Origin: Candidatus Cloacimonadales bacterium
GTDB lineage: Bacteria; Cloacimonadota; Cloacimonadia; Cloacimonadales; JAFGVF01
Assembly (NCBI GenBank): GCA_963678315.1
Contig: OY782781.1
Span: forward strand, 352,001 to 416,000
Direction: 5' to 3'
DNA: 64,000 nt
This document shows positions 56,671-64,000 of the stretch, in pieces (position 1 is the stretch's first letter; each line of letters begins with the position of its first letter). The position numbers and the translations under genes are program-made. A model generated the notes under the pieces. It was not told the DNA's origin, made no database searches, and saw only the letters and a list, made by a program, of their open reading frames with translations.

Positions 56671-57750
56671 TTATTTTCCGTAAACTTTTGCTTCTTCAAG
56701 CCCTTTTAAAACTCTTACGCCACCTTGGCAAAGAGCTTCCATTTCTTTTTCTCCAGGGAATAATTCGATAGGAGCGATAAATTCAACTCTATCAGAAATT
56801 GATTTCACAATCATTTCATTATAAACTAATCCACCAGACATGAAGATAAGGTCGACTTTACCATTCATAACAGTAGCACAAGCACCAATTTCTTTAGCAA
56901 CTTGATAACACATTGCATCTTGAACAAGTTTAGCTTTTTCATCGCCATTCTTAATCATTTCAGCAACATCTCTACCATCATCAGTTCCTAAATAAGCAAC
57001 AAAACCTGCTTTCTTTGAAAGGTAACCTTGAAGTTCTTTTTTAGTATAATCACCTGAGTAACACATATCAATTAAGTCACCAATAGGAAGAGCACCAGCT
57101 CTTTGAGGTGAGAATGCACCCATACCAAGCAGAGCATTGTTTACATCAACAACTCTACCTTCTTTGATAGCAGCGATAGAAACACCACCACCCATGTGAA
57201 CACCAATCATGTTACATTCAGATAAGTCTTTTCCTAATTTCTCAGAAAGAAGTCTTGCAATGTATCTAATATTTAGAGCATGGAAAAGAGACTGTCTTTG
57301 AATTTCAGGAATGCCTGAAATACGTGCAATTTCATCAAATTCATCAACAACAACAGGGTCAACGATGAATGATGGGATATTATAATCATTAGCGATTGAT
57401 TCAGAGATAAATGCACCTAAGTTAGAAGCATGAATTCTTCCCCAAAGGGCTGGGTCAGATAAGTCTTTTTTCATCTCTTCATTAACAGCATAAGTTCCAC
57501 CAGCGATAGCTTTCATTAAGCCACCTCTACCAACAACTGCTGATAAAGTAGAAGGGTCTACATTGTTTTCTGTCATTGCTTCTAAAACTAATTTTTTACG
57601 ATAGTCGTATTGTTCTATGATACCACCAAAAGCTTCTAATGCCTCTGCATCATGTCTTAAAGTTTTTGTAAAAACTTCTGTGTTATCATCATAAACTGCT
57701 ATTTTAGTAGATGTTGAACCAGGATTAATTGCTAAAACGCGATATTCCAT
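56671..57750 (-). CDS. buk: Butyrate kinase
   Basis: 'INPGSTSTK', 'VGRGG', 'HASNLGA', 'DPVVVDE', 'FHALN', 'HMGGG.S', 'PGEKEM.AL'. Confidence 0.95.
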   Translation of the reverse strand: MEYRVLAINPGSTSTKIAVYDDNTEVFTKTLRHDAEALEAFGGIIEQYDYRKKLVLEAMTENNVDPSTLSAVVGRGGLMKAIAGGTYAVNEEMKKDLSDPALWGRIHASNLGAFISESIANDYNIPSFIVDPVVVDEFDEIARISGIPEIQRQSLFHALNIRYIARLLSEKLGKDLSECNMIGVHMGGGVSIAAIKEGRVVDVNNALLGMGAFSPQRAGALPIGDLIDMCYSGDYTKKELQGYLSKKAGFVAYLGTDDGRDVAEMIKNGDEKAKLVQDAMCYQVAKEIGACATVMNGKVDLIFMSGGLVYNEMIVKSISDRVEFIAPIELFPGEKEMEALCQGGVRVLKGLEEAKVYGK

Positions 57751-57833
57751 TGTTCCTCCATTTTTCGATATTTTATTTTATTCAAAAATTTATAATTCTA
57801 ATCTTGAGGTCAAGAAGTAATTTGATAACAAAG

Positions 57834-58937
57834 CTATTTCATTTGTTTAAAGGCAGTGTACCTTTTTTCAACAGTTTTTATGTAATGTTGTGTTTCATCC
57901 CAAGATTTAGTGCTTAAGAGATTAAAAACCTTCTTGTTATCTCTAGAATTTAGCAAAGCAAACATCTTGTCCCACTTATCTTGAGGAATCTTCTTAGTCT
58001 GGCCTGCTAATGCTATAAAAACAGCACCTCTTCCACCATTATAAGAACAAATCACACAGTAACGCTTATTGGTCTTGTTCTTTACTTTTTTCCAGCTATT
58101 ATCCTGCAAGTGTGCCAAATATCCTATACCCATTTCTAGGTTCTTTTGTGGATTAAAAAGTACTTTACTTGATGGCTTTCTATCATCATTATAGAGCTTT
58201 TTATTCATAGTCTTTCCTGCATATTCTGGAACTATTTGCATCATACCGTAAGCATTGCCAGAACGATTGTATGCCCTAGGATTAAAGTTAGACTCGGTCT
58301 TGATAATCGCCAATGCTAGAGCTGTCTCAACTCCAGCTTTCTTGCAGAATTTCTCAATATATTCCTTGTATTTAGCTATCCTCTTCTTATCACTATTAGG
58401 AACAAGCTCAAGTGATATTTTGTAGATAGTTTTCCCGCCTACCTTCTTAGTAATGAGCTTTGATTCTTCAACAATCCCTTTGATATCTTTATCTTCTATC
58501 GCTTGTTCAGGATTCTTAGGATTAGCAACTTGTCCTTCTAAGATAGCCTTACCAGTTTCATCTTTTTCTTTAAGAACTTTACCTGCTAACTTTTCTAGTT
58601 TCTCTTTTATCTCTTTCTCAGTTGTCTTAGGGTCTACTACAACCTCTATATCTACCTTATCACTCTCAAAGTCAACACTAGCCCTACTATCCATGTTATC
58701 AGCGTAACTTACCCATGTTTTTGGAGTAGATTCTTTGAATGAACCCCATTTCTCCTCTATGAACTTTTTGTACTTGATAAACTGCTCATCTTGATATCCC
58801 TGGAAATCATTAAATTCTTTATCATAAGCTGATATCTGGTCATTCTGTTGAGCCTTATATTTCTCAAAGTCGCTCAAGTCCTGCCCGTTTAAGCAAGTAA
58901 AAATAATCATAAGTAAAATAAAAATATAGTTCTTCAT
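57834..58937 (-). CDS. MltC-like lytic transglycosylase (DUF3393-like plus SLT domain)
   Basis: N-domain 'KWG......WV.Y.....RA.VDF'; SLT motifs 'TESNFNP.A', 'AYGMMQIVP..AG', 'SYNGG', 'ET.HY'. Confidence 0.85.
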   Translation of the reverse strand: MKNYIFILLMIIFTCLNGQDLSDFEKYKAQQNDQISAYDKEFNDFQGYQDEQFIKYKKFIEEKWGSFKESTPKTWVSYADNMDSRASVDFESDKVDIEVVVDPKTTEKEIKEKLEKLAGKVLKEKDETGKAILEGQVANPKNPEQAIEDKDIKGIVEESKLITKKVGGKTIYKISLELVPNSDKKRIAKYKEYIEKFCKKAGVETALALAIIKTESNFNPRAYNRSGNAYGMMQIVPEYAGKTMNKKLYNDDRKPSSKVLFNPQKNLEMGIGYLAHLQDNSWKKVKNKTNKRYCVICSYNGGRGAVFIALAGQTKKIPQDKWDKMFALLNSRDNKKVFNLLSTKSWDETQHYIKTVEKRYTAFKQMK

Positions 58938-59046
58938 AATACACTCCTTCTGAATTACTTTAGATGAATAGAAGTCCTCTTTGCATTTATAGCATTAGTT
59001 AAATTAATTGTCAAGTGTAAGTTAGATATTCTCTTAGATTAGCACA

Positions 59047-59077
59047 AAAAAAAAGAGCTGACATATTGCCAGCTCTA
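59047..59077 (-). terminator. Intrinsic terminator after the S8 protease gene
   Basis: AGAGCTG-9 nt-CAGCTCT with a T-run on the minus strand. Confidence 0.75.
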
Positions 59078-59086
59078 TAGTGTATT

Positions 59087-62000
59087 TTATTTCATCAATA
59101 GCATCTTCTTGCTTTTACTGTATTTCCCATTCCGTATTCTGTAAAGGTAAATTCCTGCTGAAACTTTATTTCCTTTTTCATTACACCCATTCCAGACCAC
59201 ATTGTGACTTCCAGAGTTTAACTCATCAGCAAGTAAAACTTTAACAAGTTGACCTTTTATATTATAGACTTCGAGATTAACAAAGGCTTTTTCCTTTATA
59301 TCAAAGCTAATTGTTGTTCCTTGCTCTCTACCAGAGGCAGGCTTAAATGGGTTAGGATAGTTGCTAATAGCAATATAGTTAGGAGTTTCTACTTGGTCTT
59401 CTGAGATAGGAGTAGTTTCAAAAGGAACTGCAAAGCCCCAACTTGCTCCCTCTAGAATAGCATCACTTGTTCCAGTAATCTCATTAATTGCAGAAGAACC
59501 ACTTCCTTCATTGAATCCATAATAAGCCACTTGATTAGTCGTTGAACCTTGACCAGAATCATTCATCTGGTTAACTATCTCATTTGTACTTAGGGCTGAA
59601 TCATAGATTCTTACTTGGTCAAAGCGTCCTAGCATTGTTCTATTGGCAGAAGATGTGTTACCTAGAATAAGGTCTTCATTCAGGCTAAGCAAGGGACTTG
59701 CTAAATCTGAAGAAAGCTCTTGCTCTTGACCATTAATAAGAATCTTATATCCATCTACAGAGCTATAAGAGACAGCTAGATGGTGCCATTGACCTAGGGT
59801 AATAGCATCGTTGTTACAGTATATTCTATCATAACCTTCTTCAGTACTAACCCAAAAGGCAAGGGTGTTTTGATAGTCAGTAAACTCATCTATCAATGTT
59901 ATTCCATTATATCCCCAAGACCATACTTGAGCAAAGCCTACATTTGGGATATTACCCCAGTTTGAAGGATTAAACCACATCTCGATAGTAAAGTCAGATG
60001 ATAAATCATAACTATTACCCAGGTTTACAGATTGAAATTCTTCGTCTATTTCTACAGAGCTAGTCCCATCAAACACTTTGATGAAATTATTCTTGATAAC
60101 TTCAATATCATTGAAAGAACTTGTAACTATCATTCTCACATCATGACTTCCATATTCTGTGAAAGTATATGTTGGATTAGCATCATTAGAATCAATTGAA
60201 CCATCATTATCAAAGTCCCATGCTATATCATACTCATCTGGATAACCAATTGTTAGATTATTTAAGTCAACCTCTAATGGAGAATGACCTGCAATTGATT
60301 CTGTAGTAAAATCAGCTGTTAAGAACGGCACTTCAAGATATTGTAGAATCTTCTTAAGATAGAATTCTCTTTCATCGAAGTTTTGCCCTCTTCCAAGAGA
60401 TTGAAGACTTATAGAAGAGCAAATGGTCTTGTATTCGCCAGTATCATATTGAACAGCTACTGTTCCGTATTCGTCAGCTTCTAGTAATTCAATAGCTCCA
60501 TTGATTGGAGTAAACTTATCGATTGAGCCAATGCTATCAAACAAGATGTCTTCGAATCCTAATCCTTCAATTATTGATCCGTCAGCACCTGAGTAAGTTC
60601 CTGTATATAATTCTCCATCTTCTACAGATACACCAAAATAATCTGCTGTGTTATTATCGATATTAACCCAAATCTGTCCAGACTGGTTATACATAACACT
60701 TCTGCCTTCTATATAGACATTTCCTCCATTTTCCAAGTAATCTACTATTAGAGGACTAATGTAATCATCAATATTAGGATGATTATCATAGTATGGATAA
60801 GGAGCTGGAGGTCCCCATGATAAGAATATAGCTTTATATCCTAGGAATGATTCTGGAAGGTCATTTTCACAGGCGTAATCATAGGCTATGTCGTAATTAT
60901 TACAGAAGTCCATTACAATATTACCACTCATATCATTGCCATTAAGGTTATGGTCCCAAATGAATATTTTATTCTGATTATTAACTGGTAGATAGAAGTC
61001 CATCTCTTGTCCATATACGATATCAATATCGGCTGAAGAAGTGATAGTAAAGTGTAAAGAATCAACAGAAACCTGTCCAATTTCGACTGTAAAAGCATCT
61101 TGAATATCCATATTCCAGTCAGCTGGGCAGTAACCAGTCCAAGAACTATTAGTTATGTTTACACCTTCAGTTGAGCTAGATAGCACTAAGTTTAGATTAT
61201 CTGTCTCAGTTAAGCTTGCATAGTTTTTAATATTTACAGATAAATTTACACTAGCTCCCTCTGTTAAGATAGCATCGTTTTCTACTCTTGAGAGTTCAAG
61301 TTTCAGTTGTGGAGTTACAGAAGGGTTAACTTCAGATAAAGCCCTGTAAGCATTAATTCTTCCAGCTCCTAATTTATTGATGTAGTTAGGGTTTTCTTGG
61401 TCTATATTATCACAAGTTGCTAGAAGCTGTTGAGTAACTCTTTCACGTGTCCATTCTGGATGTTGAGATTTAATCAGAGCTGTTAGACCTGCTGCAAAAG
61501 GTGATGCCATTGATGTTCCTTGGAAACTAGCATAACCACCAGGGATAGTACTTAAGAGTCCACCATCAACTTCTGAATCTCCGCCTGGGGAGGAGATATC
61601 ACAGGCTATGCCATAACTTGAGTAATAAGCTTTTACATCATTTGAAGCTGTTGATGCTACAGATATAATGTTAGAATAGCCAGAAGGATAGTGAGTCTTT
61701 CCCCAATTAGAATTCCCTGCGCTAGCAAGAATAACTGTTTCACCAATCATTTCTTGGATAATCTCTTCATAGGAACGTGAATACATACCTGTTCCCCATG
61801 AGCAAGAAATAACATCTGCACCATTCTCAAGAGCATATACTATACCATCAAAGCAGTTTGATTCATAGGCATTGCCACCATCTGAATCATGACCTGTACC
61901 CATAAGTGTTACATTCCAAGAAATACTAGCGATTCCTGTTTCATTATTAGTTACACCAGCAGCTAAACCTGAGCAATGTGTTCCATGATGTGAAGGGTCG

Positions 62001-62716
62001 TCTAGGTCGTTAGTTTGCTCCCCATCTGCATTAACAAAGTTCCAGCCTACAAAGTCATCTACATAACCATTACCATCATCATCTACACCGTTTATATCGT
62101 CTGGATCAAAGACCCATTGACCATTGATAAATTCAATTGTATGACCATCATTATCTAAATCTTCACCTAGATTATTCCAAATGTTATCAACTAAGTCTTC
62201 ATGCTTCCAGTCAATACCTGAATCAACAATAGCTACTATTATTTCTTCAGTACCATCTTGACCTTTATGAATATCCCAAGCTTCTTCAGATTGAATTCTT
62301 TGAATATGGTGCAGGCTTGAATAACTTGCATCATTAGGTACAGCATCAGGATAGAAGATAGGCATTGCTTCAGCGTATTCTATTTTTTCTGATATATTTA
62401 GTTGTTTTAGAATAGGGGCAATTGAGTCTCTTTCTTGAAAGCTTAACACTAAGAATCTATCTAATGAATTTCTTTCCATAAGCTTTGTTTTAGCTAATCT
62501 TTCTACATGATTAATCTCTAAACCAGTAAGAAGTGCTTTTAGTTCAGGTTCAAGACTTATATCTTCTTGATGTCTAGTGATTTTAACCTCAGGGCTAAGC
62601 TTTACGATAACTCTATCAAGGTAATATTGTTGTCTTCCCTGTTCATCATAAAGTTCATAACTCAATAGGTTTAATAGACTTAATAATAACAAACATAATA
62701 TAGCAATTTTCTTCAT
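59087..62716 (-). CDS. S8 subtilisin-like protease with PKD, LamG-like and T9SS-type/FlgD-Ig C-terminal domains
   Basis: Catalytic motifs 'IVDSG', 'HGTH', 'SAGN', 'GTSMASP'; PKD 'WDFDNDG...PTYTF'; LamG 'FTIEMW...WHHLAV'; CTD 'NYPNPF...YNIKGQLVK...AGIYLYR'. Confidence 0.93.
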   Translation of the reverse strand: MKKIAILCLLLLSLLNLLSYELYDEQGRQQYYLDRVIVKLSPEVKITRHQEDISLEPELKALLTGLEINHVERLAKTKLMERNSLDRFLVLSFQERDSIAPILKQLNISEKIEYAEAMPIFYPDAVPNDASYSSLHHIQRIQSEEAWDIHKGQDGTEEIIVAIVDSGIDWKHEDLVDNIWNNLGEDLDNDGHTIEFINGQWVFDPDDINGVDDDGNGYVDDFVGWNFVNADGEQTNDLDDPSHHGTHCSGLAAGVTNNETGIASISWNVTLMGTGHDSDGGNAYESNCFDGIVYALENGADVISCSWGTGMYSRSYEEIIQEMIGETVILASAGNSNWGKTHYPSGYSNIISVASTASNDVKAYYSSYGIACDISSPGGDSEVDGGLLSTIPGGYASFQGTSMASPFAAGLTALIKSQHPEWTRERVTQQLLATCDNIDQENPNYINKLGAGRINAYRALSEVNPSVTPQLKLELSRVENDAILTEGASVNLSVNIKNYASLTETDNLNLVLSSSTEGVNITNSSWTGYCPADWNMDIQDAFTVEIGQVSVDSLHFTITSSADIDIVYGQEMDFYLPVNNQNKIFIWDHNLNGNDMSGNIVMDFCNNYDIAYDYACENDLPESFLGYKAIFLSWGPPAPYPYYDNHPNIDDYISPLIVDYLENGGNVYIEGRSVMYNQSGQIWVNIDNNTADYFGVSVEDGELYTGTYSGADGSIIEGLGFEDILFDSIGSIDKFTPINGAIELLEADEYGTVAVQYDTGEYKTICSSISLQSLGRGQNFDEREFYLKKILQYLEVPFLTADFTTESIAGHSPLEVDLNNLTIGYPDEYDIAWDFDNDGSIDSNDANPTYTFTEYGSHDVRMIVTSSFNDIEVIKNNFIKVFDGTSSVEIDEEFQSVNLGNSYDLSSDFTIEMWFNPSNWGNIPNVGFAQVWSWGYNGITLIDEFTDYQNTLAFWVSTEEGYDRIYCNNDAITLGQWHHLAVSYSSVDGYKILINGQEQELSSDLASPLLSLNEDLILGNTSSANRTMLGRFDQVRIYDSALSTNEIVNQMNDSGQGSTTNQVAYYGFNEGSGSSAINEITGTSDAILEGASWGFAVPFETTPISEDQVETPNYIAISNYPNPFKPASGREQGTTISFDIKEKAFVNLEVYNIKGQLVKVLLADELNSGSHNVVWNGCNEKGNKVSAGIYLYRIRNGKYSKSKKMLLMK

Positions 62717-62738
62717 TTATTCTCCAGTTATTTTAATC

Positions 62739-63524
62739 TTAATCAAATACTTTTTTGTGACGATATTTATCTTTAAAGAATATAGCACCTTCATATTTAT
62801 CAGCATTTGCAAAAGCTTTATAGCCACACAAGACCATCCAATTATCGATAGTAGTATCATGTGTATATTCTACTTGATCAGGTATTTTCTTTGAATCAAG
62901 ATTATATACTTGTCTTTGACTATCTTCAATAGCCCATTCTATGTTCATAAATCTCTTTCTGGATTGACCATAAACTTTATTTAGCTGAGAATTTTCAACA
63001 AGCTTAATCAGCATTGAATTCATCAACTCTCTTTCGCTTTCAAAACATTCTATCTCTTTTCTACTAAAGAATATATATCTACCAGGATATTGCAGAGAGC
63101 TATCTGCATTTTCAAGTACAATTGCAGTAAGATCATCATTAATGCCAACTACTAATTTGAGCATCAGATTGATATATTCCTGAGCATCTTTCTGAGGGTT
63201 TAGTTTCTCCTTAAATTTATTATATAAGAATCTTTCAACTTCTACATACTCCACTTGCCAGTTAGATGAATATTCATCAACACTATTATCACAAACTGTT
63301 TTAACAATTTCTTTGTTGTTACTAATTATAGCTTGATATTGTTGAGAGGTTCTTTTCTGGAATTTTACAATTTCTTTCTTAGAAGGTAAGCTTTCCTCAA
63401 TCAAATCTTGCAGAGATGTGTCTCTAGTTTCAGTCTTTGCTTCTTCACACTTCTTATCGAGTTGAAAAGAACTACAAGCAAAACATAGAATGACTACTAA
63501 TATTAAACCCAATAAATGTTTCAT
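62739..63524 (-). CDS. Hypothetical lipoprotein, possibly a degenerate M48-peptidase fold
   Basis: Signal peptide with CFA-C; 'YPGRYIFFS...ESEREL' resembles the M48 pre-HEXXH segment, but no HEXXH is present. Confidence 0.6.
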   Translation of the reverse strand: MKHLLGLILVVILCFACSSFQLDKKCEEAKTETRDTSLQDLIEESLPSKKEIVKFQKRTSQQYQAIISNNKEIVKTVCDNSVDEYSSNWQVEYVEVERFLYNKFKEKLNPQKDAQEYINLMLKLVVGINDDLTAIVLENADSSLQYPGRYIFFSRKEIECFESERELMNSMLIKLVENSQLNKVYGQSRKRFMNIEWAIEDSQRQVYNLDSKKIPDQVEYTHDTTIDNWMVLCGYKAFANADKYEGAIFFKDKYRHKKVFD

Positions 63525-63538
63525 CTTTCCTCCATTTC

Positions 63539-64000
63539 TTATAACAAAGCTTTGTTTTTCAACTCTTGGTAGAGCTTGTCATTGTTTATTAATTCTTCTA
63601 TCATACCTGTTTTTATTAAGATATCAAACTCTGATTCTAAGTCTAAGTAAGTTATTTTTCTTGAGCTTCTTATTCTAGAATTAAACTCAATATACCATTC
63701 TTTATAGTCATTGTATGAGCTTACTAATCTATTTATGGATTTCGTATAATCTTTGTAAAGAAATTTTAACTGTTTTAAGTAAATGTAAATTACATCATAC
63801 TTTGGGAATCTATTCTTATATAATTTGAGAGGAATTACAGGACTTAATTCCCTTTCTTTCATTAGTGCTTCAACCCTAGAATAGAAAGGCTTTGAATAAA
63901 GCCAGTTGGGTGAACCTGATGTAAAGTTCTGACTATAGATTTTTTTATATGCTGGTAAATATTGAGGGTAATATTCATTTAGCATATCAAAGAAGACTTG
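63539..64000 (-). CDS. C-terminal part of a gene running off the window, possibly a radical-SAM (SPL-like) protein
   Basis: The frame is open to the window edge (QVFFDMLNEYYPQYLPAYKKIY...). The resemblance to radical-SAM C-termini is only tentative, and the CxxxCxxC motif is not visible. Confidence 0.5.
   Translation of the reverse strand, partial: QVFFDMLNEYYPQYLPAYKKIYSQNFTSGSPNWLYSKPFYSRVEALMKERELSPVIPLKLYKNRFPKYDVIYIYLKQLKFLYKDYTKSINRLVSSYNDYKEWYIEFNSRIRSSRKITYLDLESEFDILIKTGMIEELINNDKLYQELKNKALL

Noticed and set aside
5004..63678. Numerous short antisense or overlapping ORFs in the track (e.g. 5198-5476, 14064-14408, 27369-27731, 37733-38113, 39031-39300, 48424-48777, 56257-56457)
   Set aside because: They are shadows of well-supported genes or of repeats, with no SD sites or motifs.

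Overview
AT-rich bacterial window. The many secreted proteins ending in 'YPNPF...IYNxKGQLV...SGIYFY' and the overall gene content suggest an FCB-superphylum organism, probably Cloacimonadota (inference). The backbone is housekeeping: wza-like/wzc-ispE-prs-rplY-pth-rpsF-ssb-rpsR-yybS-like-rplI-dciA-like-rpe-ffh on +; rplM-rpsI-rpsB-tsf-pyrH-frr and dapA plus an M16C peptidase on -; also serA-like, sulP, ispF, FKBP, xseA, buk, mltC-like and an S8 protease. Two accessory loci stand out. (1) 11.6-20.2 kb encodes an LPP20/NTF2-like protein, a PEGA protein and two duplicated lipoproteins. These have Fn3 stalks of 8 versus 1 repeats (270-bp period) and FGE-sulfatase (CLec-fold) tips whose last ~45 codons look like diversity-generating-retroelement variable regions. 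No reverse transcriptase or template repeat was seen in the window. (2) 42.4-55.9 kb is a polysaccharide locus (AsnB-like amidotransferase, Wzx, WecA-like, GT4s, degenerate CE4-like protein) whose minus-strand run ends in a PorZ-like gene, making it a candidate anchoring-glycan system for CTD-secreted proteins. Three intergenic GC-rich islands (21.0-21.9, 38.8-39.3, 56.0-56.6 kb) are mosaics of shared REP-like hairpins; one includes a 245-bp x2.6 tandem repeat. Smaller observations include a 55-aa lipoprotein missing from the ORF track, a His-less sensor kinase, and a wzc/ispE overlap at a 10-Tyr run. No rRNA, tRNA, CRISPR array or transposase was recognised. All assignments come from motif recognition by eye, with no database searches.
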